DNA of 36,038 nucleotides from UHGV virus genome UHGV-0132372; one strand, given 5' to 3'. A model generated the notes under the pieces. That model was not told where the DNA came from, searched no databases, and saw only the letters and a program-made list of their open reading frames with translations. Positions 16,466-26,601 of the stretch are shown in pieces. This DNA is from a virus. The stretch's first letter is position 1, and every line of letters begins with the position of its first letter. The translations under genes and the position numbers were made by a program.

Positions 16466-16898
16466 CGGAATTGCTCTGATAAAAAAATTTGAAGGTTGTC
16501 GGCTGACTGCTTACCCCGACCCCGGAACGGGAGATGCGCCGTGGACCATCGGCTATGGCTGGACCCATCCGGTTGACGGAAAGCCAGTAAAGCGCGGTAT
16601 GACTATCGACCAGCAAACCGCTGACAGGCTTCTGAAAACAGGGCTTGTTGGTTATGAGAATGACGTGCTGAAAGTTGTCAGGGTGAAGCTGACACAAGGC
16701 CAGTTCGACGCACTGGTGTCGTTCGCTTACAACGTTGGGTCGCGTGCTCTTTCCACATCTACACTGCTGAAAAAGCTGAATGCTGGCGATATAAAAGGCG
16801 CGGCAGATGAATTTCTGCGCTGGAATAAATCAGGCGGAAAGGTGATGCCGGGGCTCACGAATCGCCGCAAGGCAGAGCGAGCTCTGTTCCTGTCATGA
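16449..16898 (+). CDS. endolysin, T4/P22-type lysozyme (GH24)
   Basis: [15 protein letters not shown]...WTIGYG...[13 protein letters not shown] motif set; start overlaps the holin 3' end. Confidence 0.85.
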   Translation: MQTSPDGIALIKKFEGCRLTAYPDPGTGDAPWTIGYGWTHPVDGKPVKRGMTIDQQTADRLLKTGLVGYENDVLKVVRVKLTQGQFDALVSFAYNVGSRALSTSTLLKKLNAGDIKGAADEFLRWNKSGGKVMPGLTNRRKAERALFLS

Positions 16899-17362
16899 TT
16901 AGCGCACTGGTTAAGCGTTACTGGCTGCAGTTGCTGGTGCTGGCGTTAATCGGCGCACTGGCTTTCTTCGTGAACCACTACCGCGACAACGCCATCACTT
17001 ACAGAGACCAGCGCGATAAGGCCACTGAGAAACTCCTCCTGGCGACCGCCACCATTAAAGACATGCAGACCCGCCAGCGTGATGTCGCTGCACTGGATGC
17101 CAAATACACCGGAGAACTGGCTGATGCGAAAGAAACCATTGAGCGTCTGCATAGCGATGTCATTGCTGGCCGTAAGCGGCTGCAAGTCGCCGCCACCTGT
17201 GCAAAGTCAACGACCGGAGCCAGCAGCATGGGCGATGGAGAAAGCCCAAGACTTACAGCAGATGCTGAACTCAATTATTACCGTCTACGAAGTGGAATCG
17301 ACAGGATAACCGCGCAGGTTAACTACCTGCAGGAGTACATCAGGACGCAATGCCTGAAATAA
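16895..17362 (+). CDS. Rz: Rz i-spanin
   Basis: N-terminal TM segment then coiled-coil; follows the endolysin with an ATGA overlap; contains the embedded Rz1 frame. Confidence 0.8.
   Translation: MISALVKRYWLQLLVLALIGALAFFVNHYRDNAITYRDQRDKATEKLLLATATIKDMQTRQRDVAALDAKYTGELADAKETIERLHSDVIAGRKRLQVAATCAKSTTGASSMGDGESPRLTADAELNYYRLRSGIDRITAQVNYLQEYIRTQCLK
17124..17309 (+). CDS. Rz1: Rz1 o-spanin lipoprotein (embedded in Rz, +1 frame)
   Basis: [20 protein letters not shown] lipobox followed by a Pro-rich segment; GGAG RBS. Confidence 0.7.
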   Translation: MRKKPLSVCIAMSLLAVSGCKSPPPVQSQRPEPAAWAMEKAQDLQQMLNSIITVYEVESTG

Positions 17363-17394
17363 TTTTTTTGCAAATCACAAAGTCCATTTAATGA

Positions 17395-17417
17395 GCCTCG
17401 CGATGCGGGGCTTTTTG
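17395..17417 (+). terminator. intrinsic terminator after the lysis cassette
   Basis: GCCTCGC-GAT-GCGGGGC hairpin followed by TTTTT. Confidence 0.5.
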
Positions 17418-17563
17418 CAATAAATGCGTACCGCAACGCATGTTTTTTACACCGAACCTGCCCCTTTGGAATGGGCCTTTGAGGATACCAGTTAGTGCTG
17501 GCGAGCCTCGGTGGGCTGGTTTCCTGTGCGGCAAAGGTTCATTTCAAAGAGTAGGTACACGCT

Positions 17564-18061
17564 ATGAAATCATTAACCCTCTTCAATCAACCAATTCGTA
17601 TCGGTGAAGATGGCATGATCTGCCTCACTGATATGTGGAAAGCCAGTGGTAAAAGTGAATCTGAATCGCCTTACCACTACCTGCGAAACAAGCAGACCAA
17701 AGAGTTCTTAGCCGAGTTGGAGAAAAACCACGAATCTGTGGTTTTTACTGAGCGCGGTGTACACGGTGGAACATATGGCGGGAAGTTTGTTGCTTACGAT
17801 TATGCGGCTTGGTTAAACCCCGGGTTCAAGTACGCGGCCTATAAAGTCCTCGATGACTACTTCACCGGAGAACTTCAGCATCGCAACAGCTTAAGTGCGC
17901 AGCTCAACATGAAATGTCATGAGTTTGACCAGAAGAAAGACATGGCGAGCTTCTGCGGACAAGGGCTGGCAGCATGGCGCTATACGAAGCCAGTGTTGGT
18001 CGCTGAGATTAACTCCCTGGCTAACCAGCTGCAGATTACGATCCCCGGGCTTCCGGGATGA
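17564..18061 (+). CDS. KilA-N domain protein
   Basis: N-terminus ...IRIGEDGMICLTDMWKASGK...PYHYLRNKQTKEFLAELEK...GGTYGGKFVAYDYAAWLNPGFK fits the KilA-N/APSES-like pattern. Confidence 0.65.
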   Translation: MKSLTLFNQPIRIGEDGMICLTDMWKASGKSESESPYHYLRNKQTKEFLAELEKNHESVVFTERGVHGGTYGGKFVAYDYAAWLNPGFKYAAYKVLDDYFTGELQHRNSLSAQLNMKCHEFDQKKDMASFCGQGLAAWRYTKPVLVAEINSLANQLQITIPGLPG

Positions 18062-18327
18062 GTGATCGTGTCATTGAATGCGCCTCCAGAGCGGGGCGCG
18101 ACTTCTCAGAGTTCATGAAAGGCGAGAAGGGCATGATGGAAGCATTGGCCTCGGTGGATGAGTTTGGCGAGCAGCTGCGCCTCAACGGCTGTGTCAATCA
18201 TCACTTTGTTAGCTACATGATGCGGAACTCGATCATGCAGGCATTCATGGACATGGCAAAAGCCGAGAGGAAAGAAGAGCGCCGGCGTAAGCGAGCGGAA
18301 GCAAAAGCAAAAGCAAAAGTGAAGTAG
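18058..18327 (+). CDS. hypothetical protein with basic coiled C-terminus (89 aa)
   Basis: ATGA coupling to the KilA-N gene. Confidence 0.45.
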   Translation: MSDRVIECASRAGRDFSEFMKGEKGMMEALASVDEFGEQLRLNGCVNHHFVSYMMRNSIMQAFMDMAKAERKEERRRKRAEAKAKAKVK

Positions 18328-18621
18328 CCATTACAAAGCCTATCTACGGATGGGCTTGATAATGAAACCAAAATTTATTCTTGGCAACCAGTTACGGCAG
18401 TACCACGAAGCAACCCAAGCCAGTAAGTGGGGAAATAACACTGGCAGCCACTGAAAGATGAACCTCCTGCCTTATGGCAAAAAAGATTATTTGTGGTGGC
18501 GGACTGATGGAAAGACATCGGTTATTGCAGAGACCATTCAATGAGTGGTCTCGACAATGGCTTATACCCTACACGGGATAACTTAACTGATATCCCTTTT
18601 AACGGATAAACGGAGCCAACA

Positions 18622-18864
18622 ATGGCAGAGATTATTCCCATGACTGAAGAACAGAAATTCCAGTTAGAGATTTACAAGCTGGTCATGAACCAGAACGCAG
18701 CCGCAGAAGAAGCATTTCAATTCATTGGCACTGACGAACTGAAGCTTGAGCTATTTAAAATTCACTTCCAGTCAGGTGGCGCTAATTCAGATATCACGAC
18801 CCGAACTATCGAAGCGGTGCGTAAATCGAGGGAAGCGTTAGACCTGTTCACCACCGGAGCATGA
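18622..18864 (+). CDS. hypothetical protein (80 aa), first gene of the HslV-like cassette
   Basis: GGAG RBS; stop overlaps the downstream start region (ATGATATG). Confidence 0.5.
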   Translation: MAEIIPMTEEQKFQLEIYKLVMNQNAAAEEAFQFIGTDELKLELFKIHFQSGGANSDITTRTIEAVRKSREALDLFTTGA

Positions 18865-18865
18865 T

Positions 18866-19354
18866 ATGACCACTATTGCATGGGATGGAAAGACCCTGGC
18901 ATCTGACACCCAGGCATCATCTGGTGATGTTGTGTGTTCGTATACAGAACAAAAGATTTACACACCGCCAGAATCTGGGTGGGAGGTTTGCGGCAGTAAA
19001 GTGGTTGCATTAGGTTGTTCTGGTGATTGCGGCGCGGAGATGGAATTGCAGGAACTGCTTAAGAACAACCTGACGTATGCATCAGAATTTCTCCCGACAT
19101 TCTCTTTCACCGCGCTTGCTATCATCGGTGCTGGTCGTGCTTACATCATCTCAAAAGAGAAAGGCGAAACGCGGGCGAGTATTTCGCGACAGGTTGAACC
19201 GTATGCCATTGGTAGTGGTTGGCTGATTGCTCGCACAGCCATGCACTGCGGCAAAAATGCGAGAGAAGCGGTACAAGTCGCAATTGATATTGACTGCTAT
19301 TCCGGCGGCAGCGTTGATTCGTTCCCCGCTGGGAAGCAAACAGAAGGGAAATAA
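18866..19354 (+). CDS. HslV/proteasome-beta-like Ntn-hydrolase (peptidase T1-like)
   Basis: N-terminal [18 protein letters not shown] with Thr directly after Met, as in HslV [22 protein letters not shown]; GxSGDxxAExxL and AIGSG blocks align with HslV GFAGGTADAFTL and AIGSGG; 162 aa. Confidence 0.65.
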   Translation: MTTIAWDGKTLASDTQASSGDVVCSYTEQKIYTPPESGWEVCGSKVVALGCSGDCGAEMELQELLKNNLTYASEFLPTFSFTALAIIGAGRAYIISKEKGETRASISRQVEPYAIGSGWLIARTAMHCGKNAREAVQVAIDIDCYSGGSVDSFPAGKQTEGK

Positions 19355-19359
19355 TCAAT

Positions 19360-19848
19360 ATGGCAGCACCAAAGGGCAACCGATTTTGGGAGGCCCGCAG
19401 TAGTCATGGGCGAAATCCTAAATTCGAATCGCCTGAGGCGCTGTGGGCTGCTTGTTGTGAATACTTCGAGTGGGCTGATGATAACCCACTATGGGAGGGT
19501 AAGGTATTTTCATATCAGGGAGAAATAATTAAGGCTAATGTCCCTAAGATGCGAGCCATGACTATTTCAGGATTGTGTACCTTCCTTGATATCACCAGGC
19601 AAACGTGGGGAACCTTCCGGTCAATGGAAGGTTTTTCTGACGTCACATCACGAGCGGAAGACATCATCTACGACCAGAAATTCTCTGGCGCAGCCGCTGA
19701 CCTTCTCAACGCTAACATCATCGCCCGTGATTTGGGCCTCAAAGAGCAGTCGCAAGTTGAAGACGTGACACCTGATAAGGGAGATCGCGATAAGCGGCGC
19801 TCTCGTATCAAGGAGCTATTCAACCGTGGAACTGGACGCGATTCTTGA
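19360..19848 (+). CDS. terminase small subunit (P22 gp3-like)
   Basis: [38 protein letters not shown]... matches the P22 gp3 N-terminus as recalled; immediately upstream of the large terminase. Confidence 0.85.
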   Translation: MAAPKGNRFWEARSSHGRNPKFESPEALWAACCEYFEWADDNPLWEGKVFSYQGEIIKANVPKMRAMTISGLCTFLDITRQTWGTFRSMEGFSDVTSRAEDIIYDQKFSGAAADLLNANIIARDLGLKEQSQVEDVTPDKGDRDKRRSRIKELFNRGTGRDS

Positions 19849-21322
19849 TAACCTGAGCGACGAAGAGCAAATCGAGTTGCTCGAGCTACTCGAAGAAGAA
19901 GAGAACTACCGGAACACACACCTGCTATATGAATTTACGCCATACAGCAAACAGCGTGAGTTCATCGACGCCGGACATGACTATCCAGAGCGCTGTTTTA
20001 TGGCTGGTAACCAGCTTGGTAAGTCATTTACTGGTGCTGCTGAAGTCGCGTTTCACCTTACCGGGCGTTATCCGGGCACAAAAGGCTATCCTGCTGATGG
20101 TAAATATGGCGGTGAGTGGAAAGGTAAGCGTTTCTATGAGCCTGTTGTCTTCTGGATTGGCGGCGAGACAAACGAGACGGTAACCAAAACGACTCAACGC
20201 ATCCTGTGCGGTCGTATTGAAGAGAATGATGAGCCGGGCTACGGTTCAATACCGAAAGAGGACATCATTAGCTGGAAGAAGTCTCCTTTCTTTCCGAACC
20301 TTGTTGATCATCTTCTGGTTAAGCATCACACGACTGATGGCGTTGAAGATGGCATTTCAATCTGCTACTTCAAACCATACTCGCAAGGCCGCGCTCGCTG
20401 GCAGGGTGACACAATCCACGGCGTGTGGTTTGACGAAGAGCCACCATACAGCATTTATGGCGAAGGTCTTACCCGTACCAACAAATACGGGCAATTCTCA
20501 ATTCTGACGTTTTCCCCGCTGATGGGGATGTCTGACGTTGTTACCAAGTTCCTGAAGAATCCCAGCAAGTCGCAGAAAGTGGTCAACATGACCATCTATG
20601 ACGCTGAGCACTATACCGACGAGCAGAAAGAGCAAATCATCGCATCCTATCCTGAGCATGAGAGAGAGGCGCGTGCTCGCGGTATTCCTACGATGGGTAG
20701 TGGTCGAATCTTCCAGATACCGGAAGAGACTATTAAGTGTCAGCCGTTCGAGTGTCCTGATCACTTCTACGTCATCAATGCAATGGACTTCGGATGGGAT
20801 CACCCACAGGCACACATCCAGCTTTGGTGGGATAAAGACGAGGACGTGATTTATCTTTCTCGCGTCTGGAAGGCCAAACAGAAGAAGGCGACAGAGGCAT
20901 GGAGTGCTGTTAAAGCATGGAGCAAAAACACCCCTACGGCTTGGCCTCATGACGGGCATCAGCACGAAAAGGGAGGCGGCGCTCAGCTCAAGGAACAATA
21001 CGCCGACGCTGGGTTCGATATGTTGCCAGATCATGCAACATGGCCTGATGGAGGTAATGCGGTCGAACCCGGGATAGCAGAGATACGCGACATGATGCTC
21101 GACGGTCGTTTCAAGGTATTTAACACCTGCGAGCCATTCTTTGAAGAGTTTCGCCTGTATCACCGCGATGAGAACGGGAAGATCGTCAAGCTAAATGACG
21201 ACATCCTTTCTGCTGTTCGCTATGGCTACATGATGAGGCGTTTTGCAATACAGATGCGAGACATCAAAGATCCTAAAGAGATTGATTACTCAAGCTACAA
21301 CATACCTTGCGGAGTTGGATGA
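19826..21322 (+). CDS. terminase large subunit
   Basis: Walker [10 protein letters not shown]; ~498 aa; between the small terminase and the portal. Confidence 0.85.
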   Translation: MELDAILDNLSDEEQIELLELLEEEENYRNTHLLYEFTPYSKQREFIDAGHDYPERCFMAGNQLGKSFTGAAEVAFHLTGRYPGTKGYPADGKYGGEWKGKRFYEPVVFWIGGETNETVTKTTQRILCGRIEENDEPGYGSIPKEDIISWKKSPFFPNLVDHLLVKHHTTDGVEDGISICYFKPYSQGRARWQGDTIHGVWFDEEPPYSIYGEGLTRTNKYGQFSILTFSPLMGMSDVVTKFLKNPSKSQKVVNMTIYDAEHYTDEQKEQIIASYPEHEREARARGIPTMGSGRIFQIPEETIKCQPFECPDHFYVINAMDFGWDHPQAHIQLWWDKDEDVIYLSRVWKAKQKKATEAWSAVKAWSKNTPTAWPHDGHQHEKGGGAQLKEQYADAGFDMLPDHATWPDGGNAVEPGIAEIRDMMLDGRFKVFNTCEPFFEEFRLYHRDENGKIVKLNDDILSAVRYGYMMRRFAIQMRDIKDPKEIDYSSYNIPCGVG

Positions 21323-23523
21323 TGGCTGATGATAGAAAGATGACTGACTGGCATCGCAAGGTGCTGTGCAACTTTGATAATGCCTGGTCAGCAACGCAGG
21401 ATATGCGTGAGCAGATTATTGAGGCTCAACGTTTCGTCCGGGTGTCCGGCGCACAGTGGGAAGGCAGCACAAACGCTGGTTACTCATTTGATGAAGGCAG
21501 GTTCGAGCATTATCCGCGTTTTGAATTGAATAAGATTGCCCGTGAATGTGATCGCATCATTGGCGAGTATCGACAGAATCGCATCAGCGTTAAATTCAGG
21601 CCGAAGGACGATAAGGCATCGGAAGCGTTAGCCGAAAAGATGAACGGCAAATTCCGCGCTGACTATCAGGAAACATCCGGTGGCGAAGCGTGTGATAACG
21701 CATTTGATGATGCTGTAACGGGCGGATTCGGTTGTTTCCGCATGTGTGCCGATTACGAAGATGAAATGGACCCAAGTAACGAGCAGCGACGCATCAGCCT
21801 TCTTCCTGTTTACGACCCAGCGACATGCGTCTTCTTCGATCAGGACAGCAAGCAATATGACCGCTCTGATGCTATGTGGGCTATGGAAATGTTCTCCATG
21901 ACGCCTAAAGCGTTCGAAGCTGAATACCCTGATTCCATCGCTGCAAGTCTTTCTCGTGATGACACTGGCACTCAATATGACTGGTCAACTCCTGATGCTA
22001 TCTATGTTGGTCGCTACTATGAAGTCCGCATAGAGAAGGTGAAGCTCACGGCGTGGCGCAACCCTGTTAGCGGAGAAACGGCAATCTATGATGAAGAGCA
22101 AATCAAAGATATTGTCGACGAGCTAACCGATGGCGCATTCGAACTGATTGGTGAGCGAACTGTGAAGAAACGCCGCGTTTATTGCGGCCTTCTGTCTGGC
22201 GCTGAATGGCTGGAAGAACCGAAGCGTATTCCGGGCGAACATATTCCACTCATCCCGGTATATGGGCGTCGCTCATTTGTTGATAATCAGGAGCGAATCG
22301 AAGGCCACGCAGCAAAAGCGATGGATGCACAGCGTCTTGAGAACCTGATGGTTTCCATGATTGCAGATAACGCTACTCAGGCTGGCGGTGATGGCATTCC
22401 TGTAGTTGATGTTGACATGATTCCTGGTCCTCTCGCCAATCATTGGGCGGAGCGCAACAAAAAGCGCCCGGCGTTCCTGCCGATGGTCAGTCTGAAAAAC
22501 AAAAACGGAGATATTACTGCGCAGGCTCAGGTCAGCAGTTATACGCCTCCGACACAAATGCCGCCAGCTCTTGCCGGGCTATTGCAGTACACCGGAACGG
22601 CTATTCAGCAAATTACAGGTGCGTCGCAGCTTGAGAACATGCCGAGCAACGTCGCCACCGATACCGTTGATAGCATCTTTAACCGGATGGACACGCAGTC
22701 CTATATCTACATGGACAACATGGCTAAATCCATGCGCCGCGCTGGCGTTGTGTGGCTTTCTATGGCGCGTGAGGTCTATGGCAGCGATACGCCAATGCGC
22801 ATCGTTAATGAGGACGGCAGCGATGACGTGGCGCTGATGACTGGTGAAGTGATTGACCGTCAGACAGGGCAGGTTATCGCGCTTAACGACCTTTCGCAGG
22901 GTAACTATGAAGTGACTGTCGATGTTGGTCAGTCGTTCGCTACTCGCCGTGATGCAACGGTTAAGTCGTTACTTTCCATGCTGGCACTTATCCCACCAGG
23001 AACGCCGAAGCACGACCTTGTATCGTCGATGATTCTCGACAATATGGACGGCGAAGGGATGGACGACCTGAAAGAATACAACCGCAATCAGTTGCTTCTG
23101 TCTGGCGTTATCAAGCCGAGAACGCCAGAAGAACAGCAAATGGTTGAGCAGGCGAAACAACAACAGGCCAGTCAGCCAGATCCGGCTATGGTTGCAGCGC
23201 AAGGTCAGCTTCTTGCTGGTCAGGCTGAATTGCAGAAAGCGCAGAACGAACAGGCAGCCATTCAGGTTAAAGCATTCCAGGCACAGACTGATGCTCAGGT
23301 TGCAGCGGCAAATGTTGTGAAAATCCTCGCATCTGCCGATAGCCAGCAGAAATCTGATATCCGCGAGGCTCTGAAACTGCTCGGACAGTTCCAGCAACAG
23401 CAAGGAGACAATGCCCGTGCTGATGCAGAGCTTGTCCTGAAAAGTCAGGCACAGGGCCATGCGCAGCGCATGGACATCAGCAGCATCCTGCAAAAATCAA
23501 CTCAGCAACAACCACAGCAGTAA
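21322..23523 (+). CDS. portal protein (P22 gp1-like)
   Basis: Blocks match P22 portal: VKKRRVY...GEHIPLIPVYG, C-terminal QDPAMVAAQGQLLAGQAELQKAQNEQ...ARADAELVLK...HAQRMDI; start ATG at 21319 or 21322, overlapping the terminase stop. Confidence 0.9.
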   Translation: MADDRKMTDWHRKVLCNFDNAWSATQDMREQIIEAQRFVRVSGAQWEGSTNAGYSFDEGRFEHYPRFELNKIARECDRIIGEYRQNRISVKFRPKDDKASEALAEKMNGKFRADYQETSGGEACDNAFDDAVTGGFGCFRMCADYEDEMDPSNEQRRISLLPVYDPATCVFFDQDSKQYDRSDAMWAMEMFSMTPKAFEAEYPDSIAASLSRDDTGTQYDWSTPDAIYVGRYYEVRIEKVKLTAWRNPVSGETAIYDEEQIKDIVDELTDGAFELIGERTVKKRRVYCGLLSGAEWLEEPKRIPGEHIPLIPVYGRRSFVDNQERIEGHAAKAMDAQRLENLMVSMIADNATQAGGDGIPVVDVDMIPGPLANHWAERNKKRPAFLPMVSLKNKNGDITAQAQVSSYTPPTQMPPALAGLLQYTGTAIQQITGASQLENMPSNVATDTVDSIFNRMDTQSYIYMDNMAKSMRRAGVVWLSMAREVYGSDTPMRIVNEDGSDDVALMTGEVIDRQTGQVIALNDLSQGNYEVTVDVGQSFATRRDATVKSLLSMLALIPPGTPKHDLVSSMILDNMDGEGMDDLKEYNRNQLLLSGVIKPRTPEEQQMVEQAKQQQASQPDPAMVAAQGQLLAGQAELQKAQNEQAAIQVKAFQAQTDAQVAAANVVKILASADSQQKSDIREALKLLGQFQQQQGDNARADAELVLKSQAQGHAQRMDISSILQKSTQQQPQQ

Positions 23524-23613
23524 TTAACCCATAACGTGCAATGGCTGTCTTTATGAGGCCTGGCACCCTATTGCCTTCCGATGGGCTGAACATCGAGTAA
23601 ACAGGGGTAACAA

Positions 23614-24507
23614 ATGGACCAGATGGCAGAAAACACACCAGAAGTTGAAATCGAACCCGACGCGTCAGAGCAGATTCCTGATGATGTCGAACTGGCTGAA
23701 GAAGTCGAAAAAGCAGATGGCAGTGAGTCCTCAGGAAATGATGCAGAGGAAGCTACTGACACTGATGACGACGAATCAGAACAGGAATTCTACTTTGGTG
23801 ACGAAAAGCTGGATTCGCCAACCAGCGAAGATGGCGCAGAGCATGGACTGGTAAAACACCTGCGCAAGACGATTAAAGAGAAAGACCGCGAGCTGAAAGA
23901 GCTGATGCGTCAGTCTCAGAAACCCGTCGAGCAGCAGCCGGTAATCACTCAACCACCGCGAATGCCAAAACTGGATGATGAGGACATCGGTTTCGATGAA
24001 GAAATCTACCAGCAACGCATGGCTAAGTGGGCAGAGGATAACGGCAAGTACCAGCAACAGGAGATGGCTCGCAAGCAGAAGGAGCAGGAGCTTCAGGCTG
24101 CCTATCAAGAGCGATTATCCAAATATCAGCAACGTGTTAAGGCTCTCAAAGTTCCTGGCTATCAGGAAGCTGAGCAGGCCGTACTCGAGGAAATCCCCAT
24201 CGAGACACAAAACGCGATCCTGTTTGAGTCAGAGAAGCCGGAAATCGTTGTTCTGGCACTCGGTCGCAACGCTGAACTGCGCAAGCAACTGGCAGAAGCT
24301 ACCAACCCCGTAGCAATTGGTCGTCTGCTGGAACGTATCGAATCGAAGGCCAGAATCATGCCAAAAGCAAAAACCACGGCAGCCACAACCCCGACAGTTA
24401 AGGGGAGCAACGGCGCAGTAATCAACAACCTCGACAAATTGAAAGCCAAGGCGCTGGAAACTGGTGACTGGACGCCGTATTTCGCCGCTAAAAAGGCAAA
24501 AAAATAA
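23614..24507 (+). CDS. scaffolding protein (gp8-like)
   Basis: Acidic N-terminus, coiled-coil, basic helix-turn-helix-like C-terminus; position between portal and coat. Confidence 0.7.
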   Translation: MDQMAENTPEVEIEPDASEQIPDDVELAEEVEKADGSESSGNDAEEATDTDDDESEQEFYFGDEKLDSPTSEDGAEHGLVKHLRKTIKEKDRELKELMRQSQKPVEQQPVITQPPRMPKLDDEDIGFDEEIYQQRMAKWAEDNGKYQQQEMARKQKEQELQAAYQERLSKYQQRVKALKVPGYQEAEQAVLEEIPIETQNAILFESEKPEIVVLALGRNAELRKQLAEATNPVAIGRLLERIESKARIMPKAKTTAATTPTVKGSNGAVINNLDKLKAKALETGDWTPYFAAKKAKK

Positions 24508-24525
24508 CCTATCGGAGCATTAAGC

Positions 24526-25779
24526 ATGGCTAACCAATTAGCAAAAGACCTTGAAATCATGTTCGAAAACTACGTTGAAGGCTTTGAGGCCGCCTGCGTA
24601 GTTTCCCGTAACGCTAAAAAATTCCGTCCCGGTGATACAGCAATGCAGCGAGCAGGTGATGTTCTGTATCGTCCGCAGCATTACCACATGAACATTGAAG
24701 AAGGCCTCGATCTCAGCAGCAAAACGCCAACAGCACTGGTTCAGCGCCTTGTTCCTTCTGTGTTCAAGGAGCCGAAAAACATTCTGTACACTCTGGATGC
24801 GCGTGAAATGCGTGACCCGGAACATAAAACTGAAGCTGGTCGAGCCGCAGGTATGCGCCTTGCTGCACAGATTGACTCTGACCTGATTTCCATGGTCACG
24901 CAGCGTGCTACTAACGTGGTCGCAATTCCTGCCTCAGAAAATGGCTCACGGGGCCTTGCCTTGTGGAATGGTGCGGCAGATATTGATGCCACCATGACGG
25001 CGATTGGTGTACCTCAGGGTATCAACCGTCGCTCTTTCTGGAACCCCTTCAACTACAAAGACCTTGCTGGCGAGCTTGGTCACCGTGCCTACGCTCAGGG
25101 CGCAACCCTGACAGCATACGAAAAAGCGCAGATCCCTCCGGTTGCTTCCTTTGATAGCTACAAGACCGATATTTCTGGTCGATTACCGAAAGGAAGCGCT
25201 GAATCCTTGACAGTATCAGGCCAACCTGAACACAAGGTTGAAGCGAAAGATTCAAATGGTATGCCAGTTGATAACCGACAGGGGACTATTACGGTATCTG
25301 CATCTGGCTTGCAGGTTGGTGATGCGTTCACCATTGCCGGTGTGAATTCCGTACACCAGATCACAAAAGATACCACCGGGCAACCGCAGGTATTCCGTGT
25401 TCTGGCTGTTAGCGGAACTACCGTAACAATCTCTCCAAAGATTCTCCCTGTTGAAAATACCGATGTTGCGAGTCGTCCATATGCAAACGTCGATGCCAAA
25501 CCGGCAGAATCAGCAGCAATCACCATTCTCAACAAGAACGCAGCACCTGCTAACCTGTTCTGGGCTGATGGTTCTGTTGAGCTGATGTACGGCAAACTGG
25601 CGTTCCCGACTGGTCAGGGTCCACAGGTAATGACGGCAACCACCGAGCAGGGCGCTACGCTGATCATGTCTTACGCCTTCGACCACATCAAAGGCGTAAC
25701 CACTGCGCGTTTCACCACTCTGTACGGTTGCTCTGTACTGGTTCCTGAATATACGGGCATCGTTATTGCCTGGCAGTAA
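24526..25779 (+). CDS. major coat protein (P22 gp5-like)
   Basis: Blocks such as MQRAGDVLYRP and RPYANVDAKPAESAAITILNKNAAPANLFWADGSVEL parallel P22 coat; 417 aa. Confidence 0.85.
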   Translation: MANQLAKDLEIMFENYVEGFEAACVVSRNAKKFRPGDTAMQRAGDVLYRPQHYHMNIEEGLDLSSKTPTALVQRLVPSVFKEPKNILYTLDAREMRDPEHKTEAGRAAGMRLAAQIDSDLISMVTQRATNVVAIPASENGSRGLALWNGAADIDATMTAIGVPQGINRRSFWNPFNYKDLAGELGHRAYAQGATLTAYEKAQIPPVASFDSYKTDISGRLPKGSAESLTVSGQPEHKVEAKDSNGMPVDNRQGTITVSASGLQVGDAFTIAGVNSVHQITKDTTGQPQVFRVLAVSGTTVTISPKILPVENTDVASRPYANVDAKPAESAAITILNKNAAPANLFWADGSVELMYGKLAFPTGQGPQVMTATTEQGATLIMSYAFDHIKGVTTARFTTLYGCSVLVPEYTGIVIAWQ

Positions 25780-25786
25780 TTTAGGT

Positions 25787-25808
25787 GGGGCTTCGGCCCC
25801 ATTTTTAT
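25787..25808 (+). terminator. intrinsic terminator after the coat gene
   Basis: GGGGC-TTCG-GCCCC hairpin followed by ATTTTTATT. Confidence 0.65.
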
Positions 25809-25820
25809 TGGGAGAAGACA

Positions 25821-26009
25821 ATGGCACGAACAATGCTCTATAAGCCGGGCAACATGATCACCTGTGGTCAGTTTGCTGTCGATTACATCATTGTTGATGA
25901 CGAAGAAGTTAAATCTCACCTGAAAAAAGGCTGGGTAAAAACTCCTGAAGAAACCGCAACGAAGCAAAAAGTGGCTAAGGCGGAAGAAGATGGCGAAAAC
26001 GAAGGGTGA
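25821..26009 (+). CDS. small hypothetical protein (62 aa)
   Basis: GGAGA RBS before the ATG at 25821; overlaps the gp4 start region. Confidence 0.35.
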   Translation: MARTMLYKPGNMITCGQFAVDYIIVDDEEVKSHLKKGWVKTPEETATKQKVAKAEEDGENEG

Positions 26010-26451
26010 TCTCGTTCTTAAGGCTTTACGAAAAGCCGGGCTGTATTCCAATGCCACGTTGACAGATGCTGACCCTCAGGCAATTGAAGATGCCATTAAT
26101 GACCTCGAAGACATGATGGCAGCATGGCAGGCAAAAGGTATCGAGCTTGGGTATCAGTTTGCTGATACAGAAAACGGCATCATGCCGTTACCTGACGATG
26201 ATTCAGGTATCCCTGCATGGGCAAATGATGGCGTCGCTTTGAAACTCGCTGTGCAAGTGTGCATGGATAACGTCATTCAGCCGTCAGACGCTCTCCTTAC
26301 CGCTGCTGACAGTGCATATCAGACAATCTGTATCGCTTTAACCAAAATACCACCACTTGAGCGGCGAAATGACATGCCTCGCGGTAGTGGTAACAAAAGC
26401 GCGTTTACGTGGAATCGGTTTTACATCGAGAAAGATGATCCGAGTACGTGA
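25990..26451 (+). CDS. portal-closure / tail-accessory factor (P22 gp4-like)
   Basis: KTKGDLVLKALRKAGLYSNATLTDADPQAIEDAINDLEDMMAAW resembles the P22 gp4 N-terminus; gene order. Confidence 0.8.
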   Translation: MAKTKGDLVLKALRKAGLYSNATLTDADPQAIEDAINDLEDMMAAWQAKGIELGYQFADTENGIMPLPDDDSGIPAWANDGVALKLAVQVCMDNVIQPSDALLTAADSAYQTICIALTKIPPLERRNDMPRGSGNKSAFTWNRFYIEKDDPST

Positions 26452-26460
26452 GGTGAATAA

Positions 26461-26565
26461 ATGCCGATTCAGCAACTTCCGCTTATGAAAGGTGTCGGCA
26501 AAGACTTTCGAAACGCCGACTATATCGACTATCTGCCAGTGAATATGTTGGCAATTTTGATATAA
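26461..26565 (+). pseudogene. truncated 5' remnant of gene 10 (34 codons) upstream of the HNH insertion
   Basis: AGGTGA RBS; [31 protein letters not shown] then stop; same peptide as the start of the intact gene 10 at 27134 but with diverged codons. Confidence 0.6.
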
Positions 26566-26601
26566 TAAGTACATGAAAAATCGAAACTTTAAGGAGTAGA
26601 T

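Noticed and set aside
20498-21163. 221-aa ORF antisense to the large terminase gene
   Set aside because: Fully embedded antisense in a well-supported CDS; typical shadow ORF of a GC-rich coding region.
22969-23493. 174-aa ORF antisense to the portal gene
   Set aside because: Shadow ORF within the conserved portal coding region; no RBS support.
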